IMG/VR virus record: IMGVR_UViG_3300024518_000353
Coordinates: 1 to 56,727 of that record
Reading direction: 5' to 3' (one strand)
DNA from: a virus
Lineage: Duplodnaviria > Caudoviricetes
DNA length: 56,727 bases
Shown here: in pieces, positions 54,958 to 56,727 of the stretch
Layout of the letters: every line of letters starts with the position of its first letter
Numbering within the stretch: the stretch's first letter is position 1
Notes under the pieces: model-generated
Database searches by the model: none
Told to the model about the DNA's origin: nothing
What the model saw: the letters and a program-made list of their open reading frames with translations, nothing else
Translations under genes and position numbers: made by a program

Positions 54958-55980
54958 TTATAATGTGTTTATATCTTTTACAAATCCTCCATTTATAGCT
55001 TTTTGTAATTCAATTTCTCTTTTTTGTTTGTTCCATTTTGCTCTATATTTAAAGCGTAATAATATAGCGTTAGGTTTATTTCTTTTCCAATGTGGTAAAT
55101 AGTCAATAGTATCTCCATCAAAAACTTTTAATATCTTATCTTTTATTTTAATTGTTGATGGTAAAGGTTTATTCCTTGCCACATTAACAACAACAGCTAG
55201 TGATAAACCATTATTAATAGCTTGTAATGATTTTTCTATGTCATTAGTACCATAAGAATAAACTTTATGATATATACTTGATTGTTTTCTATTATAATTT
55301 TTTGTATAGTCGTATGGTATAGGTTTAAAATCTTTTAAATCAGTTTTATTGACAATATCAAATATAATTTTATCCATTGTAGTTAATTTATTTTGATATA
55401 TAACTTTTATATTCTCATAATTAATATCACTTGAAATATTTGGTCTTACTGACATAATTAGATTATTATTAATGCAATAATCTGAATACAAAAGTAAATG
55501 CCTGATAAAATTAGATAAAAATAATTGTGTATCATTAAGAAAAAATAATTTTCTATTATACATAGCATTTTTTTTATTCTTTTCATATGCTGGATTACCA
55601 CATTCAAAAGATACACAATTAATTCTACAATGTTTATTTGAATTTCCACATAAAGTTATTATTTCATTTTTTTGTTTATTAATTAACTTGTTTAAATCAA
55701 TAAATAAATTTAACTCATCGATTTTGTTTGTAGTATGTGGAGCTAATGATAAACCAACAGTATTTATGTTTAATATTTTTTTACTCTTTAATAATTTACT
55801 ACTATTTGTAGTTAATAAACCTGAAAAATTATATGTTTTATTCAAATCTATTAATTGCCTTTTATTAGCATTTAATATATTTATTTTTGTATTAGTTTTT
55901 TTATCTAATATAAAATTATTATCTAGGTTAAAAATTTTATTCTTTAGATAATCATTAATATCTATTACTTTTTTTTTCAT
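54958..55980 (-). CDS. GP88-like protein with CX6CX3C motif (radical-SAM-like)
   Basis: LSLAP, CGNSNKHCRINC, RPNISSDI, YDYTK, DGD and GFV motif series. Confidence 0.65.
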   Translation of the reverse strand: MKKKVIDINDYLKNKIFNLDNNFILDKKTNTKINILNANKRQLIDLNKTYNFSGLLTTNSSKLLKSKKILNINTVGLSLAPHTTNKIDELNLFIDLNKLINKQKNEIITLCGNSNKHCRINCVSFECGNPAYEKNKKNAMYNRKLFFLNDTQLFLSNFIRHLLLYSDYCINNNLIMSVRPNISSDINYENIKVIYQNKLTTMDKIIFDIVNKTDLKDFKPIPYDYTKNYNRKQSSIYHKVYSYGTNDIEKSLQAINNGLSLAVVVNVARNKPLPSTIKIKDKILKVFDGDTIDYLPHWKRNKPNAILLRFKYRAKWNKQKREIELQKAINGGFVKDINTL

Positions 55981-55988
55981 AATTATAA

Positions 55989-56393
55989 TTACTTATTTAA
56001 ATTATATATAGATTCATTATATCCAATAACAAAACCAAGTAATTCATTAGTAGAATTAAATCTTTTTATATCATTACAATATTTATTATAGCCATTATTA
56101 ATTGAATATTTATTAAAAGATACACCATTTTTTTTAATATCTTTTTTTGAAATATGACCATATCCAAATTTTAAAATATTACTGGTGAATAATGCACATT
56201 GATTTGCATAATAATATTTTTCTTTACTTTTTAAAACAAAATTAATATTTTCTTTATTAAGTTTAAATTGCAATTCACTTCTTTTGTTAAATAATTTTAA
56301 AGAGTCAAATTTTGAAAAATCCCTATTATGATTTAAAAAATTATCAATTTCTTTTATACTGTTTAAATCTTTTTCTATTTGTTTATTATTCAT
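55989..56393 (-). CDS. Hypothetical early protein
   Basis: Own promoter and AAGGA RBS. Confidence 0.65.
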   Translation of the reverse strand: MNNKQIEKDLNSIKEIDNFLNHNRDFSKFDSLKLFNKRSELQFKLNKENINFVLKSKEKYYYANQCALFTSNILKFGYGHISKKDIKKNGVSFNKYSINNGYNKYCNDIKRFNSTNELLGFVIGYNESIYNLNK

Positions 56394-56716
56394 TGTCTTA
56401 TTTTCCTTTATAATTAAATTAATATTAATTCATTCTATCATTTATTTTTTTTTATTGTCAATAGTTTATTTATTTATTTTTTATTTTTTATACTCTACTT
56501 CTACAATATATCCATTGTTCTCGAGTATTTCCAAAACTGTTTGTAAATCATTAGCAACAAACATTTTTTGTTCATCTACATCATCAGTGTAAACTTTAAA
56601 ACTTTTTATATTATTCATTGTTTTATTTTCCTTTATAATTAAATTAATATTAATTCATTCTATCATTTATTTTTTTTTATTGTCAATAGTTTATTTATTT
56701 TTTTTTTATTTTTTTT
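56386..56716 (-). repeat. Two ~100-bp direct repeats (period 225 bp), each a promoter+RBS+start cassette
   Basis: 56386-56489 and 56611-56716; each carries TTGACA-18 bp-TAGAAT with extended TG, AAGGA and ATGAATAA. Confidence 0.9.
56481..56618 (-). CDS. Hypothetical 45-aa early protein
   Basis: MNNIKSFKVY...; lies between the two promoter cassettes; not in the track. Confidence 0.6.
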   Translation of the reverse strand: MNNIKSFKVYTDDVDEQKMFVANDLQTVLEILENNGYIVEVEYKK

Positions 56717-56727
56717 TGTTGATAGTG

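Noticed and set aside
723-55951. Antisense or alternate-frame ORFs in the track (e.g. 723-1001, 8225-8473, 10791-11123, 29229-29582, 36376-36876, 40188-40514, 53423-53889)
   Set aside because: Shadows of well-supported genes, with no RBS or motifs and composition explained by the opposite strand
1-56727. Alternative genetic code, introns or inteins, tRNA genes
   Set aside because: Long genes are intact in the standard code, TerL, PolA, helicase and RNR have normal lengths, and no cloverleaf was recognised; tRNAscan-SE would be needed to exclude tRNAs

Overview
The window reads as an essentially complete, AT-rich, tailed dsDNA phage genome of about 56.7 kb, podovirus-like and probably from an aquatic proteobacterial host. 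It has two arms. The + strand arm (688-35051) carries TerS, TerL, portal, GroES-like co-chaperonin, scaffold, major capsid protein, head-tail adaptors, tail fibres and LamG/SPRY modules, nozzle and internal virion proteins, and ends in an iscA-iscU Fe-S assembly pair. The - strand arm (56618-35233) carries small early genes, a GP88-like Cys-motif protein, an M15 peptidase, a T7-like primase-helicase/PolA/SSB/exonuclease/endonuclease I set, an outer-membrane beta-barrel, a class II (B12) RNR, a glycosyltransferase/methyltransferase/DUF115 cassette and a holin. The arms converge on a bidirectional terminator near 35.2 kb. I saw no RNA polymerase, integrase, repressor, tRNA or CRISPR array. The most notable signals are: (1) three near-consensus Fur boxes in the terminal non-coding region, together with IscA/IscU and two candidate Fe-S client proteins; (2) alphaproteobacterial-type LexA boxes, one inside a promoter spacer; (3) a separately promoted glycosylation cassette; (4) a possible capsid-cargo system made of an unannotated microprotein resembling the capsid N-arm, an AT-hook microprotein and a recurrent xxGG motif; (5) an internally deleted tail-module remnant; (6) strong GATC and CCG/CGG avoidance. 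All family assignments come from motif recognition by eye; no searches were run.
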